Below are positions 33,136 to 42,596 of a stretch of 64,000 bases of DNA, piece after piece. This stretch comes from a virus. Its lineage: Duplodnaviria; Caudoviricetes. The position numbers and the translations under genes were made by a program. Where the stretch lies: positions 96,001 through 160,000 of IMG/VR virus record IMGVR_UViG_3300033073_001153; one strand, written 5' to 3'. The notes below the pieces were generated by a model that made no database searches, was not told the DNA's origin, and was given only the letters and a program-made list of their open reading frames with translations. Every line of letters starts with the position of its first letter. The first letter of the stretch is position 1.

Positions 33136-33660
33136 TTAGAATAACTCTGCATCTTTTAAAAATACGGCATCTTTATCTTTATCAGACAAAATTGGTAATC
33201 CTTCAATCTTCCAATCTATATTCAATTCTGTATCACTGAAATTTATACTACGATCATGTTCTTTGTGCCAGTATTCAGTAGTTTTATACAGTACTTCTGC
33301 TTCTTCTGATAACACAGAAAATCCGTGAGCAAATCCTTCGGGAATATACAATTGTTTAAAATTATCACTAGACAATTCCACTGCTATGTGTTTTCCAAAT
33401 GTAGAGGAACCTTTACGAATATCCACTGCTACATCTAAAATCCTTCCTTTAATTGCTCTCACAAGTTTTCCTTGTGGCTTAACTACTTGATAATGTAATC
33501 CACGAATCGTGTTCTTATAAGAAAATGATTGATTGTCTTGTACGAAATTAAATGGCAAATGCTTATTATTAAATGATTCTAAAAAGTATCCACGAGAGTC
33601 ACGAAAGACTTTCGGAGTAATAAGAAGAACATCTGGGATTTCTGTAGGTTCAATTTGCAT
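33136..33660 (-). CDS. rmlC: dTDP-4-dehydrorhamnose 3,5-epimerase
   Basis: DSRGYFLES, VQDNQS, RGLHYQ, QGKLV, GFAHGF, LSDKD. Confidence 0.95.
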   Translation of the reverse strand: MQIEPTEIPDVLLITPKVFRDSRGYFLESFNNKHLPFNFVQDNQSFSYKNTIRGLHYQVVKPQGKLVRAIKGRILDVAVDIRKGSSTFGKHIAVELSSDNFKQLYIPEGFAHGFSVLSEEAEVLYKTTEYWHKEHDRSINFSDTELNIDWKIEGLPILSDKDKDAVFLKDAELF

Positions 33661-33662
33661 AA

Positions 33663-34934
33663 TTAAGCTAGAAGATCCTTCACAACTACTCCATCTTTAA
33701 CAATAGCTGACGGTCTTCCACCTGCTGCCATAAGTTTTGTTTCTGGATCAATTCCAAGCTGATTATACATCGTAGCAGCTAAATTTTCAACTGTCAATGG
33801 ATTTGATTCCACATCACTTCCAGTCGCATCAGATGATCCATAAACATAGCCACGTTTAAATCCACCCCCAGCAAATACAACAGAGAATACTCGGGGCCAA
33901 TGATCTCTACCCGCATCTTTATTAATTTTTGGAGTACGTCCGAATTCAGAAGATATCATAACTAATGTAGAATCTAACATACCACGTTGATCTAGATCAT
34001 TAATCAGTGTTGCATATGCCTGATCAAATGGTGGTAGTTGTTTACCAATTCCATTAGCAATTCCACTGTGCATATCCCATCCACCATAAGTTACCGAAAC
34101 AAATCGTACACCCGCTTCTACTAATCTTCTAGCCATTAGTAATCTCTGTCCGGCTTGATTCATTCCGTATGCCTCACGCATCACTTGAGATTCTTTATTT
34201 AAATCAAATGCTTCTTTAGCTTTTGGTGAAGAAATTAAATCAAATGCCTTCTGATAAAATGTATCCATTGCTGCTAAATTATCACTAGATTCTAAATAAC
34301 GGAAATGACTATCAACTGTATCTAATATACTTCTTCTTCTTTCAAAGCGTTCTTCTCCGATTTCTACATTTAAATCGCGAACCTTGAAACCATTATTTGC
34401 TGGATCATTTCCTAAACTAAAAGGTCCATACGCTTTTGATAAGTACCCACTATCTGCTGGATCATTACCATTATTACCAATCTTTTGTGGAATACAAACA
34501 TATGCTGGTAAGTTATTCCGGTCTCCTAATTGATTAGAAACTACAGATCCAAATGAAGGATATTCTAATGCAGGAGAAGGACGATATCCAGTAAACATAG
34601 AAGTCACTCCACGTTCGTGTGCAGCTTCTCCGTGTGTCATAGAATGTACTACAGTAAGCTTATCAGCAATTTTAGCTGTCTTTTGTAAGTATTCTGAAAA
34701 TTGTAATCCAGCAACAGAAGTAGAGATGGCTTTTAATGGTCCACGATACTCAGAAGGAGCCAGTGGATGTGGATCAAATGTCTCATGCGATGCAGCACCA
34801 CCCGGCAAGAAGATATGAATCACCGACTGTGCTTTAGGTGTTAATGAGGATTCTGCTTGTAATTTAAGAATATCACCCATGGATAATCCCAACCCACCTA
34901 CAAGCCCAGTGTAGAGAAAGTCTCTTCTGTTCAT
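33663..34934 (-). CDS. DUF1501 family protein with Tat signal
   Basis: MNRRDFL, IFLPGGAASHETFDP, ARRLVEAGVRFV, WDMH, SEFGRTPKIN, GRDHWP; TAAATA just upstream of ATG 34934. Confidence 0.9.
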   Translation of the reverse strand: MNRRDFLYTGLVGGLGLSMGDILKLQAESSLTPKAQSVIHIFLPGGAASHETFDPHPLAPSEYRGPLKAISTSVAGLQFSEYLQKTAKIADKLTVVHSMTHGEAAHERGVTSMFTGYRPSPALEYPSFGSVVSNQLGDRNNLPAYVCIPQKIGNNGNDPADSGYLSKAYGPFSLGNDPANNGFKVRDLNVEIGEERFERRRSILDTVDSHFRYLESSDNLAAMDTFYQKAFDLISSPKAKEAFDLNKESQVMREAYGMNQAGQRLLMARRLVEAGVRFVSVTYGGWDMHSGIANGIGKQLPPFDQAYATLINDLDQRGMLDSTLVMISSEFGRTPKINKDAGRDHWPRVFSVVFAGGGFKRGYVYGSSDATGSDVESNPLTVENLAATMYNQLGIDPETKLMAAGGRPSAIVKDGVVVKDLLA

Positions 34935-35060
34935 ATTACTATTTAACAAAAAAGCCACACAAATTTTACTCTGTGTGGCTAATTTTCAGCAGGATTTCTA
35001 TGTTACTACATTCCAATCATAACAAGACCTATATACCAGTGGGGTCGTGGTTACTGAAAG

Positions 35061-35168
35061 TTATTTTCGCTTTTTGCGGGTTTTGGTAACTGTAACCGTC
35101 ACAGTCTTACGAATTTTTTTGTCACGTACTTTTCTTTCTGTAACACGCTGACGAGTAATTTTAGACAT
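35061..35168 (-). CDS. 35-aa very basic peptide MSKITRQRVTERKVRDKKIRKTVTVTVTKTRKKRK
   Basis: Below ORF-track cutoff; TAAATA upstream. Confidence 0.55.
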   Translation of the reverse strand: MSKITRQRVTERKVRDKKIRKTVTVTVTKTRKKRK

Positions 35169-35181
35169 ATGTTTTATTTAT

Positions 35182-35394
35182 TTAAATTCCGTATTTTATA
35201 CACTTCAAAAAGAACTTCTTCTCATTATTAATTTCAAAAATAATAAAACCGTCTTCTCTCGCAACATTTTCGATGCCGTAGTTTTTACGGACAATTGAAT
35301 GACTAAAATATACCAGAAAATCTAAAATACGCAATCCGTTATTTTTAAAAGAATTGTAAAGACGGGTTTCGTCAATTCTATGGATTGGAAACAT
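35182..35394 (-). CDS. small protein, C-terminal KIKYGI family (start MFPIHR)
   Basis: Ends NEKKFFLKCIKYGI; start supported by duplicate at 36237. Confidence 0.65.
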   Translation of the reverse strand: MFPIHRIDETRLYNSFKNNGLRILDFLVYFSHSIVRKNYGIENVAREDGFIIFEINNEKKFFLKCIKYGI

Positions 35395-35462
35395 TATTGG
35401 AGAATGTGTGTAAGTAGTTGAATATATTTGAATACAATTAAAAGCCAATTTAAATTTTTTGA

Positions 35463-36077
35463 TTACCACGTATTGGTTTCTGGATTAAAAGTTTTAGTTT
35501 GTTTTAACGTAAAAATTTCAATTTTTGGTATATCTTCATCTGTAACTTTATCTCCAAAAAATTCTTTTTTTGACATTAATCTTTTAGATATAATTATAAA
35601 TTCTCCAGATGTAATAGCTTCCTCGTAATGAAAATCTATAGGAAAATTATCATCTTTTAATTCTTTTATTTCATATTTTGATAACATATCATATGGGACT
35701 ATTTTAGTTCCTTTTGGAAATTCAAAAATAGTATCACCCCATGATGTTGCATTAAAAATGCTACCACTCACGGCCATTAATGATATTTTTATTATTTCGT
35801 TAATTTTATATAATTTATTTTTTTTGTTTTCAAATCCATGATATAATAATTCTTCCGATCCTATAAAATCAGAATTTATATATTTCATAAACTTTTTAAC
35901 ATCTTTTTTTTCATGAGTTGTTAAAGAATTGGTATAATACTTATAATCTGGAATTCCCATCAATTCTGCTGCATATCCCGCCATTCTAGTACTTGTTCCT
36001 CTACTAGCACCCCACGCAGCAGATCCTATTTTTCTTCTTTTTGAATATGCCTCCCAAATTAATTGCTCGTCATTCAT
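35463..36077 (-). CDS. MNDEQLIWEAY-tag protein, possible ADP-ribosyltransferase
   Basis: LLYHG...AVSGS...IFEFPKGTK...YEEAI resembles ART strand motifs; TAAATA at 36087-36092. Confidence 0.55.
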   Translation of the reverse strand: MNDEQLIWEAYSKRRKIGSAAWGASRGTSTRMAGYAAELMGIPDYKYYTNSLTTHEKKDVKKFMKYINSDFIGSEELLYHGFENKKNKLYKINEIIKISLMAVSGSIFNATSWGDTIFEFPKGTKIVPYDMLSKYEIKELKDDNFPIDFHYEEAITSGEFIIISKRLMSKKEFFGDKVTDEDIPKIEIFTLKQTKTFNPETNTW

Positions 36078-36810
36078 TATAAATATTATTTACACATATT
36101 CATAAACTTCAAGTACATTAATACAAAGATTTGTAGTTTCCACGAACTAAAAAACACAGCAAATCTAGCATACGCAATCCGTTATTTTTAAAAGAATTGT
36201 ATAATGTCTTTTCGTGGATTCTGTGGATTGGGAACATTTAAAAGAGAAATAGATAAAGAAAAAATAACGTCACCACAAAGATCAACACATATTCAACAAC
36301 ATCTTTTAATGATTTTTCAGAATATGTAGGCGAATCCAGAAATCCAAGCTTATTAAGCTCCGATGTATATACACGTTCCGGTGGAGCATACCCATCTTCA
36401 TACACTTCAAGTACATCAATACAAAGATTTGTATCCTCGTCTATGTAATTTCTTTGGTTCTTATTCTTAGAACCAAGAGGAACCCTAGTAAGATTACCTT
36501 CACTATCCATAGACTCAAGCAAATCATCTGAGTCTTGAAATAACTGAATCAAATGACCATGTTTATTAATAACTTTAATCATATCCTCAGAATCTCTGTA
36601 CGCAAGACGAATCCTGTCACTAACTATATAAGTTCCTCTGACTTTTAAAATGGGTCTACCGAATTCAGAGAGAACTTCAAACGTATCTCCATCTTGGATA
36701 GGATATAAGATCATTATAGATTATTTGTAAGTAGTTGTTTAGATCAGGAATTGAACTAATTTTTAGATAATACCGTAGTTTTTACATCATGTAAAGATAA
36801 ATAATTATAT

Positions 36811-37896
36811 ATGATATTAACCGATTCCGAAACATATCACAAATTGAAGGCGCATGATTTTGTTGATTTAAAATGTGATACATGTTCTAAAATTTACAAA
36901 AAAAATAAAAAAGCGTGGTATTACACAGCATACAAGAGAAAGATAGGATTGGATTTCAATTCCAAAAGTTATTGTTCGGATGAGTGTAGAAATAAAAAAT
37001 ATGGAATAACTAGAAAACAATACAATTGTCTAGAATGTAACAAAGAGTTTGAAGCTTTTATTAAAGAAAATCCAAAATTCTGTTGTCATTCATGTGCTGC
37101 TATCTTTAATAATAAAAAAAGAGATGGAAACAAATTAGTAAATTGTCATACATGTAATATACAATTTACTGTCTGGAAATGCAGAGATCAAAAATATTTC
37201 AGATGTGATTCTTGTATTAAAAATAGAGTAAAATTAATTAAAGAAGAAAAAATCAAAAACCCCCAAAAATACAGAAAAAAAATAAAAGGTCTACGAATTA
37301 AAATAAACAAACAATGTAAATATTGTTTTAATAATTTTGAAACATTTAATAATAATTTTTTGTATTGTAGTGATATATGTAAAAAATCTAATCAAAAAAA
37401 TCAATATAATCACATTTGCAAAGGATGTAATATAGTCTATATATCCGAAAGAAGTGATTCGATGTATTGTACTGGAAGTTGCAGATCGACTAATTTAAAA
37501 TTATCCACATATGCACACAAAGCAGGAGGTAGATCTAGATCTAAAATTGAATTATTTTTAGAAGAAAAATTACCTAAAGATTTTCCAAATGTGAATTTCA
37601 TTTTTAATGATAAACAAACTATAGGATCAGAATTGGACATTTATATGCCTCAATTAAAAATAGCAATAGAATTAAATGGAATAATACATTATGAACCTAT
37701 TTACGGAGAATCGACTTTAATAAGAACACAAAATAATGATAAGAAAAAAATGATAAATTGCGCTAATTTAGGAATTGAATTGATAGTGATTAATATGGGA
37801 AGGAAAGGATTATCAAAATCACAACGAGAAGAAATATATCGAGAAATACATTCTATTATAGAACGAAATAAAAATAGAATTAATTGTAATATTTAA
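36811..37896 (+). CDS. multi-zinc-finger PD-(D/E)xK (Vsr/DUF559-like) putative homing endonuclease
   Basis: Many CxxC..YCS..C units; SKIE...ELDIY...IAIELNGIIHY...DKKK. Confidence 0.75.
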   Translation: MILTDSETYHKLKAHDFVDLKCDTCSKIYKKNKKAWYYTAYKRKIGLDFNSKSYCSDECRNKKYGITRKQYNCLECNKEFEAFIKENPKFCCHSCAAIFNNKKRDGNKLVNCHTCNIQFTVWKCRDQKYFRCDSCIKNRVKLIKEEKIKNPQKYRKKIKGLRIKINKQCKYCFNNFETFNNNFLYCSDICKKSNQKNQYNHICKGCNIVYISERSDSMYCTGSCRSTNLKLSTYAHKAGGRSRSKIELFLEEKLPKDFPNVNFIFNDKQTIGSELDIYMPQLKIAIELNGIIHYEPIYGESTLIRTQNNDKKKMINCANLGIELIVINMGRKGLSKSQREEIYREIHSIIERNKNRINCNI

Positions 37897-37900
37897 AACG

Positions 37901-37985
37901 TGGACCGTGGGTGAATTGAACACCCCGATGATATTAATCAAAGAGTTCTACAGACTCTTCCGCCTCCTTAACGGTTTACCGATCC
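37901..37985 (-). tRNA. tRNA-Tyr(GTA)
   Basis: Anticodon arm AGAGT-CTGTAGA-ACTCT, long variable arm, T arm GGGTG-TTCAATT-CACCC; CCA not encoded. Confidence 0.85.
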
Positions 37986-38017
37986 ATATACGTAAGTAGT
38001 TGATAATCAAATAGATG

Positions 38018-38277
38018 CTCTCCCTCAAGGATTCGAACCTTGCTTTTTCGTCTTACTTTGAATCCACAAGTTTTATTTCTTGTGGAATGGACTTTGTCTT
38101 CATCCCAAAAGGATGTTCCGTGTAAAGTCTCTACACTTGCCCAGTCTTTCGACTTGCTAGCTCGGCGTTGGCATTTCAGCGTTCACCGACTTAGCGGAAT
38201 TTTTCAAATAGAATTACTTCTATAAGCTGCCATTTATAGAAAACAGGACGGCGCATTTCCAGCTATGCTAAAGGAGA
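38018..38277 (-). tRNA. tRNA-Asn(GTT) interrupted by a group I intron (exons 38243-38277 and 38018-38055)
   Basis: Spliced product folds: TCTCCTT/AGGGAGA acceptor, CGTC-CTGTTAA-GACG anticodon arm, CAAGG-TTCGAAT-CCTTG T arm, G discriminator. Confidence 0.85.
38056..38242 (-). ncRNA. 187-nt group I self-splicing intron, no ORF
   Basis: P1 CUGU/GCAG with U.G at 5' splice site; core GUAGAGACU and AAGACAAAGUCC; terminal G. Confidence 0.85.
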
Positions 38278-38350
38278 ATTTTTATCTATTCAAAGAACAA
38301 GTAAGTTTTAACTTACACAAATAATTTACCACATCTCTCCAATTTGTCAA

Positions 38351-40054
38351 CTACTTCTTCACACAATTAGGTACTTTCTTCTTACCTTTTTTCTTCATGC
38401 CTACTTGTTTGAATCCTTTCCAGCAAGCTTCAAGGAAAAATTGTTTAAAGGATTCTAATTTAGGTTGGTTTCTTTGTCTGGATGTTTCCATAGCTTTTTT
38501 AATATCTGATTCCCAAAATTTTACAAGATTTCCTGTAAAATCAAAATAATTAATATCACCAACTCGATATGGCAATCCTTCTAATGAGATTAATTTATTA
38601 TATGCACATTTAAACGCGCCACCGACACGGTATGGTGCTTCTTTTAAGGTGGTTAATTTATTATTATCACAATCAAATGTACCACCAACATACTGTGGTG
38701 CTCCTTTTAGGGTGGTTAATTGATTATATGCACAATTAAATCCACCACCAACATACTGTGGTGCTCCTTCTAGGGTGGTTAATGTATTATTTATACAATT
38801 AAATCCACCACCAATACGATATGGTGCTCCTTCTAGTGTGGTTAATTGATTATCATGACAACTAAAACTAAAACCAACATATTGTGGCGCACCTTCCAAA
38901 GTAGTTAATTGATTATTATGACATTTAAAACTACCACGAACATATTGTGGTGCTCCTTTTAATGTAGTTAATTGCATATTGGAACAATCAAAATTACCTT
39001 CACATTTTATGTTTGTTAAATCTGGCAATTCCATAAAAAATACTCCAGATAAATCAACATCTCCATAAATTTTATTATTCTCTACTCTTTGCATTAAATC
39101 TGAAATTATTTCTTTTTGTATTGGCTCTATTTCAGATTTATAAATTTTATTAAATTTTTTAGAATCTATAGAATAAAATTTGTGATTCCATTTAATCATT
39201 CCTATATTCCCCCCATCATGAATAACTTCATAATTATTGTCTTCTATAAATTCCCTACAAGATTTTCTATATTTTTCACTAACACTTCTGTTTGCTGGCC
39301 CTTTAATTTCATTAATTTTAAAATTATTTTCGCCATAGAATTTTTGTAATCGAAATGTTACTACTGGATGATTATGTTTTTTTGGGTCTCTTAGAGAATA
39401 TATTATCAATTCTCCTTGTTTAAATTGTCTAAAGTATTCACTTTCTCCGCCTTCTACACTAGTTACTTTACTTTCTCCTTCTGCTTGTCCTACGCAGTGT
39501 CCCATATACATGCTCTCTTCTCTGAACGACTTATTAGATGTCAATTTCCAAACTGGATAGCCATCATATACTCCAACTACTTCATAATCTACTCCTTCTA
39601 CACTTTGTAATTTGGCTTTCTTAGCCTTCTCTGCTGATCTAGCCATTTCTTCGTCCCATTTTTGTACTTCTTCAAACATTTGTGGAACCATAATTTTATA
39701 CAAAGATTTCAAATAATTATCATCTTTGGTATTCAAAAAATCTATTAAATGACTTAAACGATCTTTATATTCAGAAGTAAAATTATTAAATTGAAATATA
39801 CCTTCTTTCTTTGCCCATTCTGGATCAGTTTCTTTTGCTGTATACTTTGAAATAAATGGTGTTTTTATATTATCATCAGCAGGTGATTGAAACCATTTAA
39901 TATAAGTTTTTAAAAACCAATTAACTATTTCGGGCTTCTGTACGTTCTTTTCTTTTAATAGTTTTTCTAATTCTAAATGTAAGGGATCTTTAGAAATTAA
40001 ATTAGCTTCATGTAAGCTAGTGTACTTTTCCCATATTAATATAGAATCATTCAT
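38351..40054 (-). CDS. MNDSILIWEKY-tag protein: PcfJ-like domain, 22-aa leucine-rich repeats, basic C-terminal peptide
   Basis: EESMYMGHCVG...IYSLRD...EIKGPAN; repeats FxCxxNQLTTLEGAPQYVGG; TAAATA at 40061-40066. Confidence 0.75.
   Translation of the reverse strand: MNDSILIWEKYTSLHEANLISKDPLHLELEKLLKEKNVQKPEIVNWFLKTYIKWFQSPADDNIKTPFISKYTAKETDPEWAKKEGIFQFNNFTSEYKDRLSHLIDFLNTKDDNYLKSLYKIMVPQMFEEVQKWDEEMARSAEKAKKAKLQSVEGVDYEVVGVYDGYPVWKLTSNKSFREESMYMGHCVGQAEGESKVTSVEGGESEYFRQFKQGELIIYSLRDPKKHNHPVVTFRLQKFYGENNFKINEIKGPANRSVSEKYRKSCREFIEDNNYEVIHDGGNIGMIKWNHKFYSIDSKKFNKIYKSEIEPIQKEIISDLMQRVENNKIYGDVDLSGVFFMELPDLTNIKCEGNFDCSNMQLTTLKGAPQYVRGSFKCHNNQLTTLEGAPQYVGFSFSCHDNQLTTLEGAPYRIGGGFNCINNTLTTLEGAPQYVGGGFNCAYNQLTTLKGAPQYVGGTFDCDNNKLTTLKEAPYRVGGAFKCAYNKLISLEGLPYRVGDINYFDFTGNLVKFWESDIKKAMETSRQRNQPKLESFKQFFLEACWKGFKQVGMKKKGKKKVPNCVKK
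38560..38995 (-). repeat. 66-bp coding tandem repeat, about 6-7 units
   Basis: Recurrent ggtgctccttcta/ttttag..gtggttaattg units on + strand. Confidence 0.8.
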
Positions 40055-40066
40055 GATTAGTATTTA

Positions 40067-41164
40067 TTAATTTAAATTACCTTCAAATAAATCTGGTCTG
40101 TTTTCTTCTAAAAATTTTCTATTATTTTCAGATAAATCAGATATTTTAAAATTATTTTGTGGTAAGTATCCACTTGATGTTAGTTTCTTAATAAAGAAAT
40201 CATTATCTTTTTTTAACATCAACAACTTTAATATAGCATCATGATATTTTTCAACTGGTTTTGTGTTTTGGGAACCTTTTCGTTCAGACAAAGATCTATC
40301 ATTGACATGATACATAAATGTTAAATGTGGGGCAGCTATAATTCTTCCTCCTTTATTTGTTATGGTACGATAACTAAGTAACTTTGTATTTTTGTCGTCA
40401 ACTCCGCCAGATACATTATTCCCACAATGTCCCATTGCTCTTCCTTCTTGTGTACAAAAAGAACTATCAATTATTTGCCATTCGTTATTTTCATCAATTT
40501 TTAATAAAGTTTTTGTTCTTTTTGTCTTTAAATCATTAGTAATGTCTACTATACCTTTAGAGGTTTTTTGCCATTCATGTTCAATATTTGCAAAATTTTC
40601 AAGCACATATTCGATAGATTGATTAACAAACCTAAAATCATCTATTTGTTGTATGTTTAGTGCTAAATAATGTTCTAGTTTTTCTAATAAAGTTTCCGTG
40701 CTAACTTCTATTGCACTGTAATATTCTATATCAAAGAAATCTGCTTTGAGATATTGTAATTTCATAAACTCTTCATAATATTCTGGATGTTTGGTTTTAA
40801 GAAAATATTCTATATTTGAACCACTTGCTTTTGTATCTACACGAATATGAAAAAGTTTTTTGTCAATTACTGCACAAATAGTTTCATTTATCGTTTTTCT
40901 AATATACCACTGAATAATATCATCTCTTCTAAGTTTATCTATTACATTTTTTAAACAAAACTTAAATTCTATTAAAAATTTAATTCTAGTATGATTGTAG
41001 TATACAACATCCATTTCACAATTAGCTGGATTATATATGCTATTTAATGGTTTTGCATCTGGAAATAATTTGAATAATTTATTGTACATATTCAAATACC
41101 TATTCACGCGAGATTCTTGTATAATCTCTAGATATCTTTCCCAGATAATATGCTTATCATTCAT
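40067..41164 (-). CDS. MNDKHIIWERY-tag protein with PcfJ-like domain
   Basis: EGRAMGHCGN...LLSYR...PHLTF...ERKGSQNTKP; TAAATA at 41170-41175. Confidence 0.7.
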   Translation of the reverse strand: MNDKHIIWERYLEIIQESRVNRYLNMYNKLFKLFPDAKPLNSIYNPANCEMDVVYYNHTRIKFLIEFKFCLKNVIDKLRRDDIIQWYIRKTINETICAVIDKKLFHIRVDTKASGSNIEYFLKTKHPEYYEEFMKLQYLKADFFDIEYYSAIEVSTETLLEKLEHYLALNIQQIDDFRFVNQSIEYVLENFANIEHEWQKTSKGIVDITNDLKTKRTKTLLKIDENNEWQIIDSSFCTQEGRAMGHCGNNVSGGVDDKNTKLLSYRTITNKGGRIIAAPHLTFMYHVNDRSLSERKGSQNTKPVEKYHDAILKLLMLKKDNDFFIKKLTSSGYLPQNNFKISDLSENNRKFLEENRPDLFEGNLN

Positions 41165-41168
41165 GAGA

Positions 41169-41948
41169 TTATTTAGTAGGAAGATCGGAGAAAAACTCGT
41201 CTAGTCTCTTAATAGTCTTTTGATCTATTATTAATAGTTTTTTAGGAAACTGTTTCCATTTTTCTAAATCTTTTGGCATAACTTGTCCTTTCACTTCTAT
41301 AAATAGATCATAATCTTTTAGATAGAAATCTGGGAAATATTCGTGATTTTGACCTTCGAATACATAAGTGAAATGTTCTTTGGACTTGCAGTAATGGATT
41401 TTATGTTCATCCATGTATTTTGCTACTTTAAGCTCCCATCCAGCATGTAGTACTTCTTCATTACCTAACCAAGATGTATGATGATAAATTTTAAAAAATC
41501 TATGCCCGTCGGAACGATATTTAATTCTGCCTTCTACAATAGCTTTCGATAATCCTTTGCTTATTTTTTCTTTTTGGGATTTTGGTAATTTTAAATTGTC
41601 AAATTTTCCCCGTAGTCTCGCAGTTTCAGATCCTTTTCTAGTTTTTAAATATCCTTCTTTAATATATCTGGCTAGTCTATGACTACTTATATTATACTTT
41701 TCTTGAACATCTCTATAAGTATGTTTGTCATCATAATAAGCTTGTATTTCTTCCCAATTCAAAGAAGCTAAATTTGCTCTATACACATCATTATTATAAT
41801 TCTTATTAATAGTAAGATTGTTAGATTTTCTTACAGCATGTGATGGTTTGCCATCGCAAATTTCTAAATGTTTTTTGATGTTATTGTTCGAAATTTGACA
41901 ATTACATTTATTACATAATTTAGTAGGTCTTACATGGTTTGTTTCCAT
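41169..41948 (-). CDS. TnsA-like PD-(D/E)xK putative homing endonuclease
   Basis: WE...YFPDFYL...IEVKG. Confidence 0.75.
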   Translation of the reverse strand: METNHVRPTKLCNKCNCQISNNNIKKHLEICDGKPSHAVRKSNNLTINKNYNNDVYRANLASLNWEEIQAYYDDKHTYRDVQEKYNISSHRLARYIKEGYLKTRKGSETARLRGKFDNLKLPKSQKEKISKGLSKAIVEGRIKYRSDGHRFFKIYHHTSWLGNEEVLHAGWELKVAKYMDEHKIHYCKSKEHFTYVFEGQNHEYFPDFYLKDYDLFIEVKGQVMPKDLEKWKQFPKKLLIIDQKTIKRLDEFFSDLPTK

Positions 41949-42020
41949 GTAATTATTTATTCATTTAGCTCCACAATGTAAGAGCAAATTGAAATAAAAA
42001 AAAATTATGTATAAATAATA

Positions 42021-42061
42021 AAAACCTCCATGCGTGTAAGGTACACACCGCATGGAGGTTA
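42021..42061 (-). terminator. intrinsic terminator after tRNA-CAT
   Basis: AACCTCCATGCG / CGCATGGAGGTT hairpin plus T-tract. Confidence 0.75.
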
Positions 42062-42066
42062 TAAAA

Positions 42067-42144
42067 TGGTGGGAGTGGCGGGTGACGATCCCGCGAATTC
42101 ACTTTTTTATGAGAAAAGAGCTGTTCCAACCTAGCTTCACTCCC
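42067..42144 (-). tRNA. tRNA with CAT anticodon (Met or Ile2), CCA encoded
   Basis: GGGAGTG/CACTCCC acceptor, CTTTT-CTCATAA-AAAAG anticodon arm, GCGGG-ATCGTCA-CCCGC T arm. Confidence 0.8.
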
Positions 42145-42261
42145 ATCTTAGCTAGCTACTTAGCTAGAAGAAATTTTAAAATTTTAAAGAACTTTTAAGG
42201 TCAATCTCAACCAACCTTACTCACCTACTATACCACACTTTCCACTAATTGTCAACTACTT

Positions 42262-42438
42262 TAGTGTGTTTTGATCCGTATTTTTTGTCACACTATTCAA
42301 CGAAATATTTACGGAGTTCCGTCTGAGCAATAGAGTTTACCCTCGACTCTATCGGAAAAGAATACCTACACAAGTTGTCTGAGTCACAACTCATATATCA
42401 GCTAGGCTTGCTCCAGCTCTCTCCCGTCATATTTGCGC
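42262..42438 (-). ncRNA. candidate structured RNA, copy A
   Basis: GC-richer intergenic block with several hairpins; 3' module shared with 45514-45652. Confidence 0.45.
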
Positions 42439-42471
42439 TTATGAAAGTTATAAAGATCTAATTAATTTTAC

Positions 42472-42582
42472 CTAGATACTTTTTATATTGCAAATATATT
42501 TTGATTGCTGTTCGTATCTAATCTTACTAGATGCCTTTTTTTATTTCCATTTAATAATATAGAAATTTGCTGCAAGCATCTA
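42472..42582 (-). ncRNA. two tandem ACAGCAA-motif hairpins (42527-42582, 42472-42520)
   Basis: TAGAT(G/A)C-N2-RCAGCAA-variable-A-tract-G(C/T)ATCTAG. Confidence 0.6.
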
Positions 42583-42596
42583 AAATTTAACTTACC

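Noticed and set aside
36728-36758. Possible tRNA 3' fragment (GTTCAATTCCTGATCTAAACA on - strand)
   Set aside because: No matching 5' half or anticodon arm could be folded
38040-38225. 61-aa ORF as an intron-encoded endonuclease
   Set aside because: Antisense to the intron, too short, no nuclease motif
38560-38995. 66-bp repeats as a diversity-generating retroelement TR/VR pair
   Set aside because: In-frame tandem coding repeats; no reverse transcriptase in the window
42472-42582. ACAGCAA hairpins as mini-CRISPR repeats or plain terminators
   Set aside because: No identical repeat-spacer periodicity, no U-tract after the stems on the coding strand, and the loop motif is conserved
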